Assembly: GCA_036498725.1 (NCBI GenBank)
Contig: DASYEY010000256.1
Location: 5,611 to 69,610, forward strand
Reading direction: 5' to 3'
From: Verrucomicrobiia bacterium
GTDB lineage: Bacteria > Verrucomicrobiota > Verrucomicrobiia > Limisphaerales > UBA11358
DNA length: 64,000 bases
Shown one piece after another: positions 47,713 through 56,641 of the stretch; the stretch's first letter is position 1, and the number at the start of each line of letters is the position of its first letter. The notes below the pieces were generated by a model that worked only from the letters and a program-made list of their open reading frames with translations, did no database searches and was not told where the DNA came from. The translations under genes and the position numbers were made by a program.

Positions 47713-47786
47713 CGAGCGGATTCACTCCCTCACTTCGGTCATGTCATAAGGCATTTTTTTTGAAATGTCTTGGCCGGTAGCGCCGT

Positions 47787-48632
47787 TTATTTCAACGTCT
47801 TTTTTAAAAACTTTAATCCATTGGGGGCAATCTCATCCCGGGTCGGCTCCATGCGGCGCCAAATGGCGGCACTGGCGGCGATACGTGGAACATCGAGCGA
47901 GACAGATTCAAGGGCAATGTCACCTTGATACTGGATGGCCTTCAACGCAGCGGCGATGGCTGGCCAATCGATATGATCGTTGCCCGGGGTGCCGCGGTCA
48001 GCCCCACACGCGTGGATGTGACCCAGATGTTTGCCTGCGCGCCGGATTGCCGCTGCTTGATGCTTCTCTTCGATGTTCGCGTGAAACGTGTCCAGATGCA
48101 GCTTGAGCGCCGGACTGCCGACATCGGCGATAAGCTTTAACCCCTGATCAATCGTGTTCAGAAAATCGGTTTCAAAACGGTTTAACGGTTCCACACAAAC
48201 CAGCTTTCCGTGACGTTGGGCATAAGCGGTAACGACTTTTAGATTCTTCACCACCGCCTGCCAATGCTGTTTTTTTTCCGCTGAGGTGTAGGCTTCGGCC
48301 CGCCCGACATAGGAATATACCGGTCCACTCAAGACCTTCGCTTCCAGTTGCACCATCACATCGATGAGTGAGCAGAGATATTTGACTCCCTGACGCTGGC
48401 TGGTTGCCGAACCACGCAAATCCCGTTCGGGGTTGATCGCAGCGGCGATGGAACCGCACACCAGTCCATGCCGGTCCAGTGCGCGCTTAACGAAATCCGG
48501 GCGGATGTGTGCCGGGTCAGCCAGCAATATCTCCACGGCTTTAAATCCCCAGTGCCGAAACCGGCGGAACCAGCGCGTATCGGCATCGGTGAAAGGAAAA
48601 GTGAATAAAACCGTGTTGATGCTGAATCTCAT
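47787..48632 (-). CDS. Sugar phosphate isomerase/epimerase (xylose-isomerase-like TIM barrel; ketose 3-epimerase-like)
   Basis: 281-aa ORF with MRFSINTVLF..., HLDTFHANIEE and HIHACGADRGTPG segments typical of the AP endonuclease 2/xylose isomerase-like fold. Confidence 0.7.
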   Translation of the reverse strand: MRFSINTVLFTFPFTDADTRWFRRFRHWGFKAVEILLADPAHIRPDFVKRALDRHGLVCGSIAAAINPERDLRGSATSQRQGVKYLCSLIDVMVQLEAKVLSGPVYSYVGRAEAYTSAEKKQHWQAVVKNLKVVTAYAQRHGKLVCVEPLNRFETDFLNTIDQGLKLIADVGSPALKLHLDTFHANIEEKHQAAAIRRAGKHLGHIHACGADRGTPGNDHIDWPAIAAALKAIQYQGDIALESVSLDVPRIAASAAIWRRMEPTRDEIAPNGLKFLKKTLK

Positions 48633-48730
48633 AAGTAAGTCGTTCTGTCATGACGGTAAAGTTGACAGAATAACTGTCAAGCAATACGGCATCGAAAACC
48701 AGTGGCTGCCGGGAAAGTTGTTATATCCGC

Positions 48731-50542
48731 TTACCTGATAAGTTGAGTCTGCAACCATAGCGCCACTTCGCGATTCCAGCCGGGGCGAAACTGGTTCCAA
48801 TCCGCGATGCGATGCTGGCCATTGGTGATGGTGATGAGATCGCACGGAATGTTAGCTGCCTTCAATCTTGCAAGGAAATCCTGGGTCTGGCCGTAAAGCA
48901 CCGTCTGGTCGGTGTTGCCTTGTACGATTAAAAACGGTGGTAAGCCGGGTTGAATATGTTCTGAAGGTGAAATATCACGCATGATCTGCAAGGTGGTTTC
49001 ATCGAGCGCATCACGGCCCAACAAGTATTTCATCGAAACCCATTTATCCAGGCTACCCCGGCGTTGGGCATCAACCGCAATTTCCGTGGGCGGCGCAAAG
49101 CCGACAATGGCCTGTACCCGCGTATCGGCATTGGTGCGGATGCCCGCCAGCGTGACCAGTTGGCCGCCTGCCGAATAACCAATCAGCGCCATGTGATCAG
49201 GATCACCTTGATATTCTGACGCATGTTGTTTTGCCCAACGGATCGCCGTCAACACATCGTCATAACTGGCGGGCCAACGGTTGGTCGGCGCGAGCCGGTA
49301 ATTGATCGTGAACCAGGTGAAATTCGTCACGGCTGGCGCGAGCACGGGCACGATGTCGGTTTCTTTGTCACCGCCGTTCCATCCGCCGCCGTGAACGATG
49401 ATGAGTACTGGATGTTGTCCGCCACCCATCGGCACATGTGCATCGAGCAATAATTTGGTGCCGCCCGCCTCGCTATATTCGACGTCAAATCGATTGGCAC
49501 CGGACACAAAATTCATCATGGGCAGCCAATTATCTGTGCCGCCCAATACCGTTTCCATCGTGATTTTGGATGCGGCACTTTTGGTCAACATTTTCACCCA
49601 ATTAGGCCGGGCAGACGGATTTGCGCCCGGGCCGGTATTTTGATATTCCGCGTAGCGTGCGGTCTGATGCGCTTCTGGTTTATTCCAATCAAACCAGCCG
49701 TTTGCCCGGATGACTTCGGACAAGTCGCAATTCATGAAAATCGTACTGGCATAGATGCGCCAGGGCCGTCCGAGATAGGCTTGTACACCTGGCTGATTGC
49801 CCGTGACGGTGGAATGCGAGAATACAAATCCGTAAGGCTGGCTTTCCGGCGTGGAGGCGGCAGTCACGTAACCAGTGCCCAGGCAATTGATGTGGCAACG
49901 CTCAAACCATGCAGTTGCCGCGCCGAAGATGAAATCTACATGGCCGGCAATATAACACTCTTCAAAATATTGCCGACCACGATTCAGTAAAATTGTGTCC
50001 TGCCAGCCGAGAAAGTGACAGTTGCGAAAACTCGCACGATCGCCATCCACGCGAATGGCCAGCGCTTGCCCAACCGGACCGGCAGCGTTCGCGAAGGTGA
50101 GGTTTTCTGCATCGAAATCATCCGCATCAATCGTGGTTGAGGGGGTTTTAAAGGTGCCAATGGGTTTGCCATCGGCATTGGTGATGCTCGCATACAGGTT
50201 GAAGGTGAGAATGGTATTGGTGGGATTCTCCCCGATGAGCCGGAAAAAACTTTTTTCACGCTGGATGTAAATAAGTTCGTGGTAGATGCCCGGGGCGATA
50301 TGGATGATGACCGGATTTTCGCGACTGCCGGAAGGCACCGCCATAATGGCCGCTTGCACTGATTTGAACGGTGTGCTGCCGTCGGTGGCGACATACAAAT
50401 TAGTCTGGCCAGAAGCTGTCGCGGCCAGCCATCCCAGTAATGTGGTCAACGCAATGCAGTATGAGTTCCTGACCGTCAAACCGAGCAATGCATAAGCGGG
50501 GAGCAACAAGCAGGTTATCGTGCGTTCTCTCAGGTGGGGCAT
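48731..50542 (-). CDS. Pectinesterase (CE8) fused to an alpha/beta-hydrolase esterase domain
   Basis: CE8 motifs are GQALAIRVDGDRASF, WQDTILL, VDFIFG and YLGRPW. The C-terminal half has HGGGW (oxyanion hole) and GYSAGG (nucleophile elbow). Confidence 0.85.
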   Translation of the reverse strand: MPHLRERTITCLLLPAYALLGLTVRNSYCIALTTLLGWLAATASGQTNLYVATDGSTPFKSVQAAIMAVPSGSRENPVIIHIAPGIYHELIYIQREKSFFRLIGENPTNTILTFNLYASITNADGKPIGTFKTPSTTIDADDFDAENLTFANAAGPVGQALAIRVDGDRASFRNCHFLGWQDTILLNRGRQYFEECYIAGHVDFIFGAATAWFERCHINCLGTGYVTAASTPESQPYGFVFSHSTVTGNQPGVQAYLGRPWRIYASTIFMNCDLSEVIRANGWFDWNKPEAHQTARYAEYQNTGPGANPSARPNWVKMLTKSAASKITMETVLGGTDNWLPMMNFVSGANRFDVEYSEAGGTKLLLDAHVPMGGGQHPVLIIVHGGGWNGGDKETDIVPVLAPAVTNFTWFTINYRLAPTNRWPASYDDVLTAIRWAKQHASEYQGDPDHMALIGYSAGGQLVTLAGIRTNADTRVQAIVGFAPPTEIAVDAQRRGSLDKWVSMKYLLGRDALDETTLQIMRDISPSEHIQPGLPPFLIVQGNTDQTVLYGQTQDFLARLKAANIPCDLITITNGQHRIADWNQFRPGWNREVALWLQTQLIR

Positions 50543-50713
50543 GGATTCGATTCTGCTGCACCAATGCCGTCTCGTCAGCTTTTTTTGTTAAAGAGGTGTC
50601 AGGCAAGTCGGTTGCTGTGTGCGGACCTTCCTTGTCCCAAAGGATAACCGGAAACTAGGGAGCCGCGTAGTGGCAGGCTAATCTCCTGCCGTGCCTTCAG
50701 CACGAACCTGGCG

Positions 50714-52153
50714 CTACGAAAGCTTTTTCACCAAATGGCCAAGCACGCCAACGGCGCGTTCAATTTGCGGAGTCCAAGGATAACCGCAGTTGATGCGGAT
50801 ATAATTCGAAAAATCACCCGTGGGTGAAAACAGCGGTCCGGGCGCAATGCTGACGCCGGCATCGCGGGCCTGTCGGAATAGTTTGAGCGCATCCACGTTG
50901 CCCGGCAATTCGCACCATAACAGATAGCCGCCTTTGGGCCGCGAAAGACACAACCCGGCGGGGAAACTCTCGACGAGGGCCTCTTTCATTTTAGCGACCT
51001 GCTGTCGATAGGCTTGTTGCACCGAACGCAGGTAACGATCGTAGCCGCCATTTTTCAAAAACTCGGCGACGGCCAGCGTTGGCAGCAATGCCCCGTTCAA
51101 CGTGTTGGATTGCTTCAGCGCTTTCACCCGCGAAAACCATTTGCCGGCGGCGATGTAACCAACGCGAAAACCCGGCGCGAGCTTTTTGGAATAGGAACCG
51201 CATAAAATCACCGAGTCATCGGTGGTGAACGCCTTCAGATAACGCGGCCGCGCGCCTTCATGTTGCAGGTCGGCGTAGGTATCATCCTCAATGAGCGCCA
51301 CATTGTGTTTGGCGCATAAGTGGATCAATTGTTGTTTGTGTTCATCAGGCATCACAAAGCCGATGGGATTATGAAAATTAGGAATGGTCACACATGCGGC
51401 GATGCGGGTTTTTGACAATGCTTTCTCCAAAGTGTTCAAGTCCATCCCATCCGAACAATGTACTGGAATCGGCAAGGCCTTGAGTTGCAATTCGCGCAGC
51501 ATGGCGGCGATGCCAAAATAGGTCGGGGACTCGACCACAACGGTATCGCCCGGTTTGCACGTTGCCCGCAATGCCAGTGACAAGGCTTCGGTGGCGCCTA
51601 CGGTGACGATGAAATCATCCGCCGTGAGCGCGCAGCCCCAATCCAGCGAACGCCGGGCCAATTCACGACGCAACACCTCGCTGCCGGGGCACATGTCGTA
51701 ATCAATGCTGTTCGCACCGAGCCGTCGGCCGATGGTGGCCATGGTTCGCATCAGTTTGAGGCCAGGCAATAATTCTGCACTCGGCAACGCTGCTCCCAAG
51801 GGAATCAGTTTGGAATTAGTATGGTCCGCCAGCAACGCTTCCATCGGGTCAGAAGTTTCCAGAGTGATGATGCGTGGCTGGGCGGTAAAATGTTTCGGTT
51901 CCGGTGTCGAATCGGCATGACGTGCCCGAACATAAAAACCGGATTTGGGGCGGGCTTCGATCAAGCCGCGCGTTTCCAAAGTGACATAAGCCTGCAAGGC
52001 CGTCGGCACGCTGACGCGCTGTTGCGAACTGAACTTTCGCACCGAAGGCATCCGGTCGCCGACGCGCAACGAATGGTTCTGGATCAAGTCTTCGAGCCGG
52101 TTGGCCAGCCGTTGGTATAACGGCCCGCTCTCAGGGAGAATGGTTTGGCGCAT
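50714..52153 (-). CDS. MocR-family regulator (GntR HTH + PLP aminotransferase-like domain)
   Basis: The N-terminal HTH is MPSVRKFSSQQRVSVPTALQAYVTLETRGLIEARPKSGFYV. It is followed by a fold-type-I aminotransferase domain of about 360 aa (GSYSKKLAPGFRVGY). Confidence 0.88.
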   Translation of the reverse strand: MRQTILPESGPLYQRLANRLEDLIQNHSLRVGDRMPSVRKFSSQQRVSVPTALQAYVTLETRGLIEARPKSGFYVRARHADSTPEPKHFTAQPRIITLETSDPMEALLADHTNSKLIPLGAALPSAELLPGLKLMRTMATIGRRLGANSIDYDMCPGSEVLRRELARRSLDWGCALTADDFIVTVGATEALSLALRATCKPGDTVVVESPTYFGIAAMLRELQLKALPIPVHCSDGMDLNTLEKALSKTRIAACVTIPNFHNPIGFVMPDEHKQQLIHLCAKHNVALIEDDTYADLQHEGARPRYLKAFTTDDSVILCGSYSKKLAPGFRVGYIAAGKWFSRVKALKQSNTLNGALLPTLAVAEFLKNGGYDRYLRSVQQAYRQQVAKMKEALVESFPAGLCLSRPKGGYLLWCELPGNVDALKLFRQARDAGVSIAPGPLFSPTGDFSNYIRINCGYPWTPQIERAVGVLGHLVKKLS

Positions 52154-52184
52154 AAATTGACAATACGCTCTTTATTTTGATTTG

Positions 52185-52274
52185 AACAGATACAGTCAGT
52201 CGCAAATTGGACCTGTACAGTTTCGTTTTATAAATCTGTTAAAGCAAGAAAAGTGATCGACTGCATCTGTTAAA
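52185..52274. promoter_or_regulatory. Candidate MocR operator in the divergent intergenic region
   Basis: ATCTGTTAAA occurs as a direct repeat at 52234 and 52265, 31 nt apart. An inverted ATCTGTT copy (AACAGAT) lies at 52185, and the palindrome CTGTACAG at about 52212. Confidence 0.3.
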
Positions 52275-52301
52275 AATCAATCCATGAGGCATGGTTGATT
52301 T

Positions 52302-52616
52302 ATGAATATCAATCCGATGGCCCGTCCGATGGCCGCTGCTTGCGGTTTGAGCTCTCGCTCAACGACCGTCAGCGGTTTGCGAGTCAAAACCCGGACAATT
52401 TGTTTGAGGCGCGGTGAAGTGCTGCGGCTTGAAGAAAAATCCGGTGTGAAAAATATCGCCGCCAAAACTGGTCTGATCTGGCTGACCAGTACACCGGCGG
52501 ATGCGGATGTCCTATTGCAAAGCGGCGAATCATTTAGGCTTAACCATAAATGGCCTTACTTGATTGAAGCGTTGGCACCGGTGGAACTCTCATTGTTTTC
52601 TCTCAGCGAGGAATGA
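52302..52616 (+). CDS. DUF2917-like small protein
   Basis: 104-aa ORF with the pattern G.VLRL......I....G.IWLT......D..L..GESF.L....YLIEAL. It is divergent from a MocR gene, which is a common context for this family. Confidence 0.55.
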   Translation: MNINPMARPMAAACGLSSRSTTVSGLRVKTRTICLRRGEVLRLEEKSGVKNIAAKTGLIWLTSTPADADVLLQSGESFRLNHKWPYLIEALAPVELSLFSLSEE

Positions 52617-53542
52617 GCCAAAAAGAAAACATCTACATTCTCGGTTGCGGCGCCATCGGGCTAACGTTGGCTGCCTGCCTTGCAAATACTGGTCGAAAGG
52701 TCCTTGCAGTCCGGACGAGTAAAAACGATGCGCCAGTTGGTGATATTATCGTCATTGTGCATACCGGAGAGGCTAAGCTAAAAACTTCCGTTGCGATGGT
52801 TTCGCTTTCGAATCTGACAACGCTTGATGGAGTTGTCGTGGTGACGGCGAAATCGTATGCCAATAAAATGATCGCGGCTGCTTTGGTTGAAAGGCGATTC
52901 AGCGGGCCGATTATTCTTTTGCAAAACGGGCTGGGCGTGGAGCATCCGTTCATTGAGTCCGGCTTTGCCGAAATGTACCGCTGCGTGCTTTACGCTACGG
53001 CGCAAACAATTTCTGAAAATGAAGTGACATTTCGCCCCATCGCTTCGTGTCCCATTGGCCTGGTGAAAGGGGATGCGGCTAATTTGGAAGAATATGTAAA
53101 TTTGTTATCAACCCCGCATTTCTCTTTTCATGCCGAGGCCAATATTCAGCGGGATATGTGGAAAAAGGTGATTATCAATTCCGTCTTTAATTCCATTTGT
53201 CCATTACTGGATACCGACAACGGAGTGTTTGTTCGCGATGTGGCTGCAACCAAGCTCGCGGAAGAGATTGTTGCTGAATGTATCGTTCTGGCTGAAGCCA
53301 ACGGCATCATCTTGGTCAAATCCGAATTGATGACGCAGATTTTGCAGATCAGCCAAGGTTCGCAAGGTGTTTCGATTTCAACCTTGCAGGACATTAAAAA
53401 CGGTCGAGCTACCGAAATAAGTTCACTAAATTTAGAACTGGCGCGGATCGCCGCGACGATGAATTTATCGGCACAACTCAAGCGAACTGAATTATTGGGG
53501 CAGCTTGTTTTGATCAAGTCTGGCCAGCCATCCGAAAACTAG
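52613..53542 (+). CDS. 2-dehydropantoate 2-reductase family (PanE/ApbA-like) oxidoreductase
   Basis: N-terminal Rossmann motif IYILGCGAIGLTLAACL. The length of about 309 aa and the C-terminal helical domain fit. There is a 4-nt overlap with the upstream gene. Confidence 0.8.
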   Translation: MSQKENIYILGCGAIGLTLAACLANTGRKVLAVRTSKNDAPVGDIIVIVHTGEAKLKTSVAMVSLSNLTTLDGVVVVTAKSYANKMIAAALVERRFSGPIILLQNGLGVEHPFIESGFAEMYRCVLYATAQTISENEVTFRPIASCPIGLVKGDAANLEEYVNLLSTPHFSFHAEANIQRDMWKKVIINSVFNSICPLLDTDNGVFVRDVAATKLAEEIVAECIVLAEANGIILVKSELMTQILQISQGSQGVSISTLQDIKNGRATEISSLNLELARIAATMNLSAQLKRTELLGQLVLIKSGQPSEN

Positions 53543-54735
53543 GGCAACATCAGGCGATAAAAGGTCGCGCCGCCTGAAATCGAATTCGTCATCCGGTTTG
53601 ACCTGCCGACAACCGCTGGAGCTTTGGCCATTTTAGTCCAGGTTCCGCCGAGATTTGTGGACGAATACAAGCCATAGCCAGCCCAATTGGTTCCCCAGGT
53701 GAGCACCAGATTTTTCCCAGAAGTGAAGGAGGCGAGTGTCGGCGCATCGAGAATGTGGATGAGATGCCGCACCGCTTTTGATGACGATCCTTGATACCAG
53801 GTATTGGCGGAAACATCCAAGGCGGAAGCGGAATGCGATGCCAGCAAGCCGTTGCCCAAATAAAAGGTAACGTGATCCAGATTGGCAACGTTGGTGTCAC
53901 CTTCCCAGTTCCACCCGACGAGATCGCCTGGCGCCATGTCATTCAAGGAAAACACTTCGATCGCATAACCGGGAGCGATCAACGTCGTGTTGACGAGGTG
54001 CGCAGCACCCGGTTCGCCATAAGCTGGCGGCACCCGGCTGGCGATCTTCAGCCCCCCACCGCGCATATGCGGTTCGCTGCCGATGCAACTGGAAACGAAA
54101 TGCGCACAATCATCACCCAATCCACTGGTGGGTGCGACCGAGAGCGGGGTGAACGTTCCAAAACTCGATCCGTTCGTCCAAAAATAACCGTCGCTATTCA
54201 CGTAACCGGAATAATTATTCGCGTAGGAAACCGCCCGAGCGCGGTCATACTGATTCGTCGAACCCGCTTGGATCACTACGATCTGCAATGTGTTGGTCAC
54301 CCCGAAAAAGACGCTGCTGGAATTGTTCAGCCGAAAGACATCGCTCACCGGCCCCGGCGCTTCCGGCGTGATAAAGTTCATGGTAAATGTCGCCTGACCG
54401 CCCGGCGGAATGGATGCGCCGCTGCCGATGATTGTTGATAAGGTGCGCGAAGCGAAGGGCTTGGCGGTGGGCGGGACAGCTCCCAGACTATCCTCACCGA
54501 CGATGTTCATGGTGTAACCGTTGTAAGTGGGTGCCCAAGTCGTCGTGCCGGTGTTCTTCATCGTCCACGTTTGGGTGAACACCGTTCGCGGCATCAGCAT
54601 TGTGCCGTTCGTGATCGAAACGGAAACCAATTGCGAATTATCCACTGCCAATAGGCAATCATTTCCGGCCAACCAAGCCAGACAAAAAAGGAGGACGCAA
54701 CTGCGGCCTCGCAGCCAGTTTTTCGAACATTTCAT
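53539..54735 (-). CDS. Secreted protein with an Ig-like N-domain, a putative amidase (papain-like) domain and a C-terminal beta-sandwich
   Basis: Signal peptide MKCSKNWLRGRSCVLLFCLAWLAG. The central region DRARAVSYANNY...DCAHFVSSCIG...GDLVGWNWEG...DHVTFYLG resembles Cys/His amidase-like domains. The C-terminal LVLTWGTNWAGYGLYSSTNLGGTWTKM...FYRLMLP is shared with the giant proteins. Confidence 0.55.
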   Translation of the reverse strand: MKCSKNWLRGRSCVLLFCLAWLAGNDCLLAVDNSQLVSVSITNGTMLMPRTVFTQTWTMKNTGTTTWAPTYNGYTMNIVGEDSLGAVPPTAKPFASRTLSTIIGSGASIPPGGQATFTMNFITPEAPGPVSDVFRLNNSSSVFFGVTNTLQIVVIQAGSTNQYDRARAVSYANNYSGYVNSDGYFWTNGSSFGTFTPLSVAPTSGLGDDCAHFVSSCIGSEPHMRGGGLKIASRVPPAYGEPGAAHLVNTTLIAPGYAIEVFSLNDMAPGDLVGWNWEGDTNVANLDHVTFYLGNGLLASHSASALDVSANTWYQGSSSKAVRHLIHILDAPTLASFTSGKNLVLTWGTNWAGYGLYSSTNLGGTWTKMAKAPAVVGRSNRMTNSISGGATFYRLMLP

Positions 54736-54966
54736 GTTACATACCCATCATGATTGTGAACCATTCACGACGGGCTTTTCCTTGCCTTCGACCTTACCGC
54801 AATCGCATCTGAAATAAAGAAAAATGTGCGATTTAAACCACCAAGGCACGAAGACACCATGTTGGGAAAATTGGGGCAGGATTCACAGGATCAAACCAAA
54901 ATCCTGCATAATCCTATTAATCATGTCTCATGATTAAATTGGATCTGCAAACGGTTCAAGGAACTG

Positions 54967-56238
54967 TTAATGCGCAGTTTCTGCCGGGTGAACTGTCAGA
55001 TGGCCAATGGCCTCCTTTAGCTTTTGTTGGCCGGTGGCATCTGCCGGGAGCGCTGCGGACTGAAAGGCGGGCAGCAAATTATCCCAGATGGCATCCAACT
55101 CCGCCTGCATGTTGGCGTGGTCGGCGGTGATCGCAACCACTACGTCTTGATCGGGCATCACCACAATAAACTGGCCACCGGCGCCGTCAGCTCGATAGGC
55201 ATGATGTCGGCAACACCAAAATTGGAAGCCGTAGCCTTGTTTCCATTCCGCACCCATATTGGCGTGATTTTCCTTTTCGTTAGATACTTGTTTGGAAGTG
55301 GCTTGTTTGATCCATTTTGCGGGAACCAACTGCTGGCCATTCCATTTGCCTTTTTGCAAATAAAGCTGGCCGAACTTGGCGATGTCTTCGGTGCGGAGAT
55401 AAAGCCCGTATCCGCCCAGTGAATTTCCCTCCGGACTGCTATCCCAACGCGGGTTTTCGATGCCCAATGGTGCGAAAAGTCGCGGTTTGAGATAATCCAG
55501 GGTGGTTTCTCCCGTTACCTTGGTGACGATGGCCGATAACGTGTAGGCGCCCATTGTATTATAAAGAAAGTGCGTTCCGGGTTTATAGACGACAGGGTGG
55601 GCGAGAAATTCTTTCACTGTCGGCGCGCCGTGGGCTGACTTGGGTTCAGTTTCGTGGCCGCAGGTCATGGTCAACAAATCACGCACCGTCATGGCTTTGA
55701 GGTTGTCCGAAGGATTAGCCGGCGCGTCATTGGGGAAAAATTTAAGCACCCGGTCGTTAAGATTTAATTTGCCTTCGGAGATGGCCAGGCCGACGGCGGT
55801 TGAATTAAAACTCTTGCTCACGGAATTTAAAATATGGGGTTGATCCGCCAGTTCCGGTTGCCACCAACCTTCGGAGATGACCTGCCCATGCCGCAAGATC
55901 ATGAAACTGTGCATCGTGTTGACGTTTTTATCGGCAGCCTGCACAAAGTTGAGAATCGCCTGGGAAGAAATTCCTTGAGCTTCCGGCGTGCTGCGAGGCA
56001 GGGGATTGGCGGCCTGCAAAGCCGGGACGGCAGCAAAGAATAAAATGGTGAAAAGCGCGGTCAAGAGTGATTTACTTTTCGTGGTTATTTCAACAGAGAA
56101 TTGTGATTTTGCTGAGTTCGTTTTTAGACGGCCACCGCGGCGGTTTTTCCAGTCGCATCCATAGTAAAAGGCTTGATTTGATATGGCAAGCCACTGCCGG
56201 AACTTCGGTAGTATATCCAAGTAAACCTGCGGAATCAC
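54967..56238 (-). CDS. Serine hydrolase, beta-lactamase/transpeptidase-like family
   Basis: S-x-x-K motif (NSVSKSF), a signal-like LLTALFTILFFAAVPALQA and the typical class-C-like length. The true start is uncertain: GTG at 56238 is the longest option, and an internal TTG is possible. Confidence 0.8.
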   Translation of the reverse strand: MIPQVYLDILPKFRQWLAISNQAFYYGCDWKNRRGGRLKTNSAKSQFSVEITTKSKSLLTALFTILFFAAVPALQAANPLPRSTPEAQGISSQAILNFVQAADKNVNTMHSFMILRHGQVISEGWWQPELADQPHILNSVSKSFNSTAVGLAISEGKLNLNDRVLKFFPNDAPANPSDNLKAMTVRDLLTMTCGHETEPKSAHGAPTVKEFLAHPVVYKPGTHFLYNTMGAYTLSAIVTKVTGETTLDYLKPRLFAPLGIENPRWDSSPEGNSLGGYGLYLRTEDIAKFGQLYLQKGKWNGQQLVPAKWIKQATSKQVSNEKENHANMGAEWKQGYGFQFWCCRHHAYRADGAGGQFIVVMPDQDVVVAITADHANMQAELDAIWDNLLPAFQSAALPADATGQQKLKEAIGHLTVHPAETAH

Positions 56239-56260
56239 TGGGTATAGCTATATTCAAGTA

Positions 56261-56641
56261 GTGGGCGATGACATCACTGAAAAATATCTGCTCTTGTCCA
56301 ATTCTCATGACGGCAAATCCAGCGTCTCAATCAAATTCACACCAGTCAGGGTTGTTTGTCAGAATACACTGACGCTCGCACTCAATGACGGATCGGCTTG
56401 GCGAGTCTCCCATCATTCCGACATCCATCAGAAGCTAAAGCAAGCGAATCAGATGTTGGGACTGATCCATGAACGGTTTGATGATATGGAGCAGACGTTT
56501 CAGGCCATGTCTCGCGTAAAACTCAATTCTGATCGCTTGGCTCAATATCCCACCAGCCAGCCCGATTTAGTTCGATATGCTGAACTAGGGCTGCAGCTCC
56601 TTTTGGCAAAAGAGATAAATGTGAACTCATGTTATCTGTAA
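56261..56641 (+). pseudogene. Truncated DUF932-family (plasmid/ICE/phage-associated) gene remnant
   Basis: The 126-codon frame opens right after a stop codon. It starts mid-domain with YLLLSNSHDGKSSVSIKFTPVRVVCQNTL, the core DUF932 motif. The N-terminal half is missing and the C-terminus is divergent. The 3' end overlaps the convergent ATPase gene. Confidence 0.6.

Noticed and set aside
50660-50695. Hairpin GGCAGG-ctaatct-CCTGCC downstream of the MocR gene, considered as a terminator.
   Set aside because: The stem is short (6 bp) and there is no U-tract on the relevant (minus) strand, so support is insufficient.
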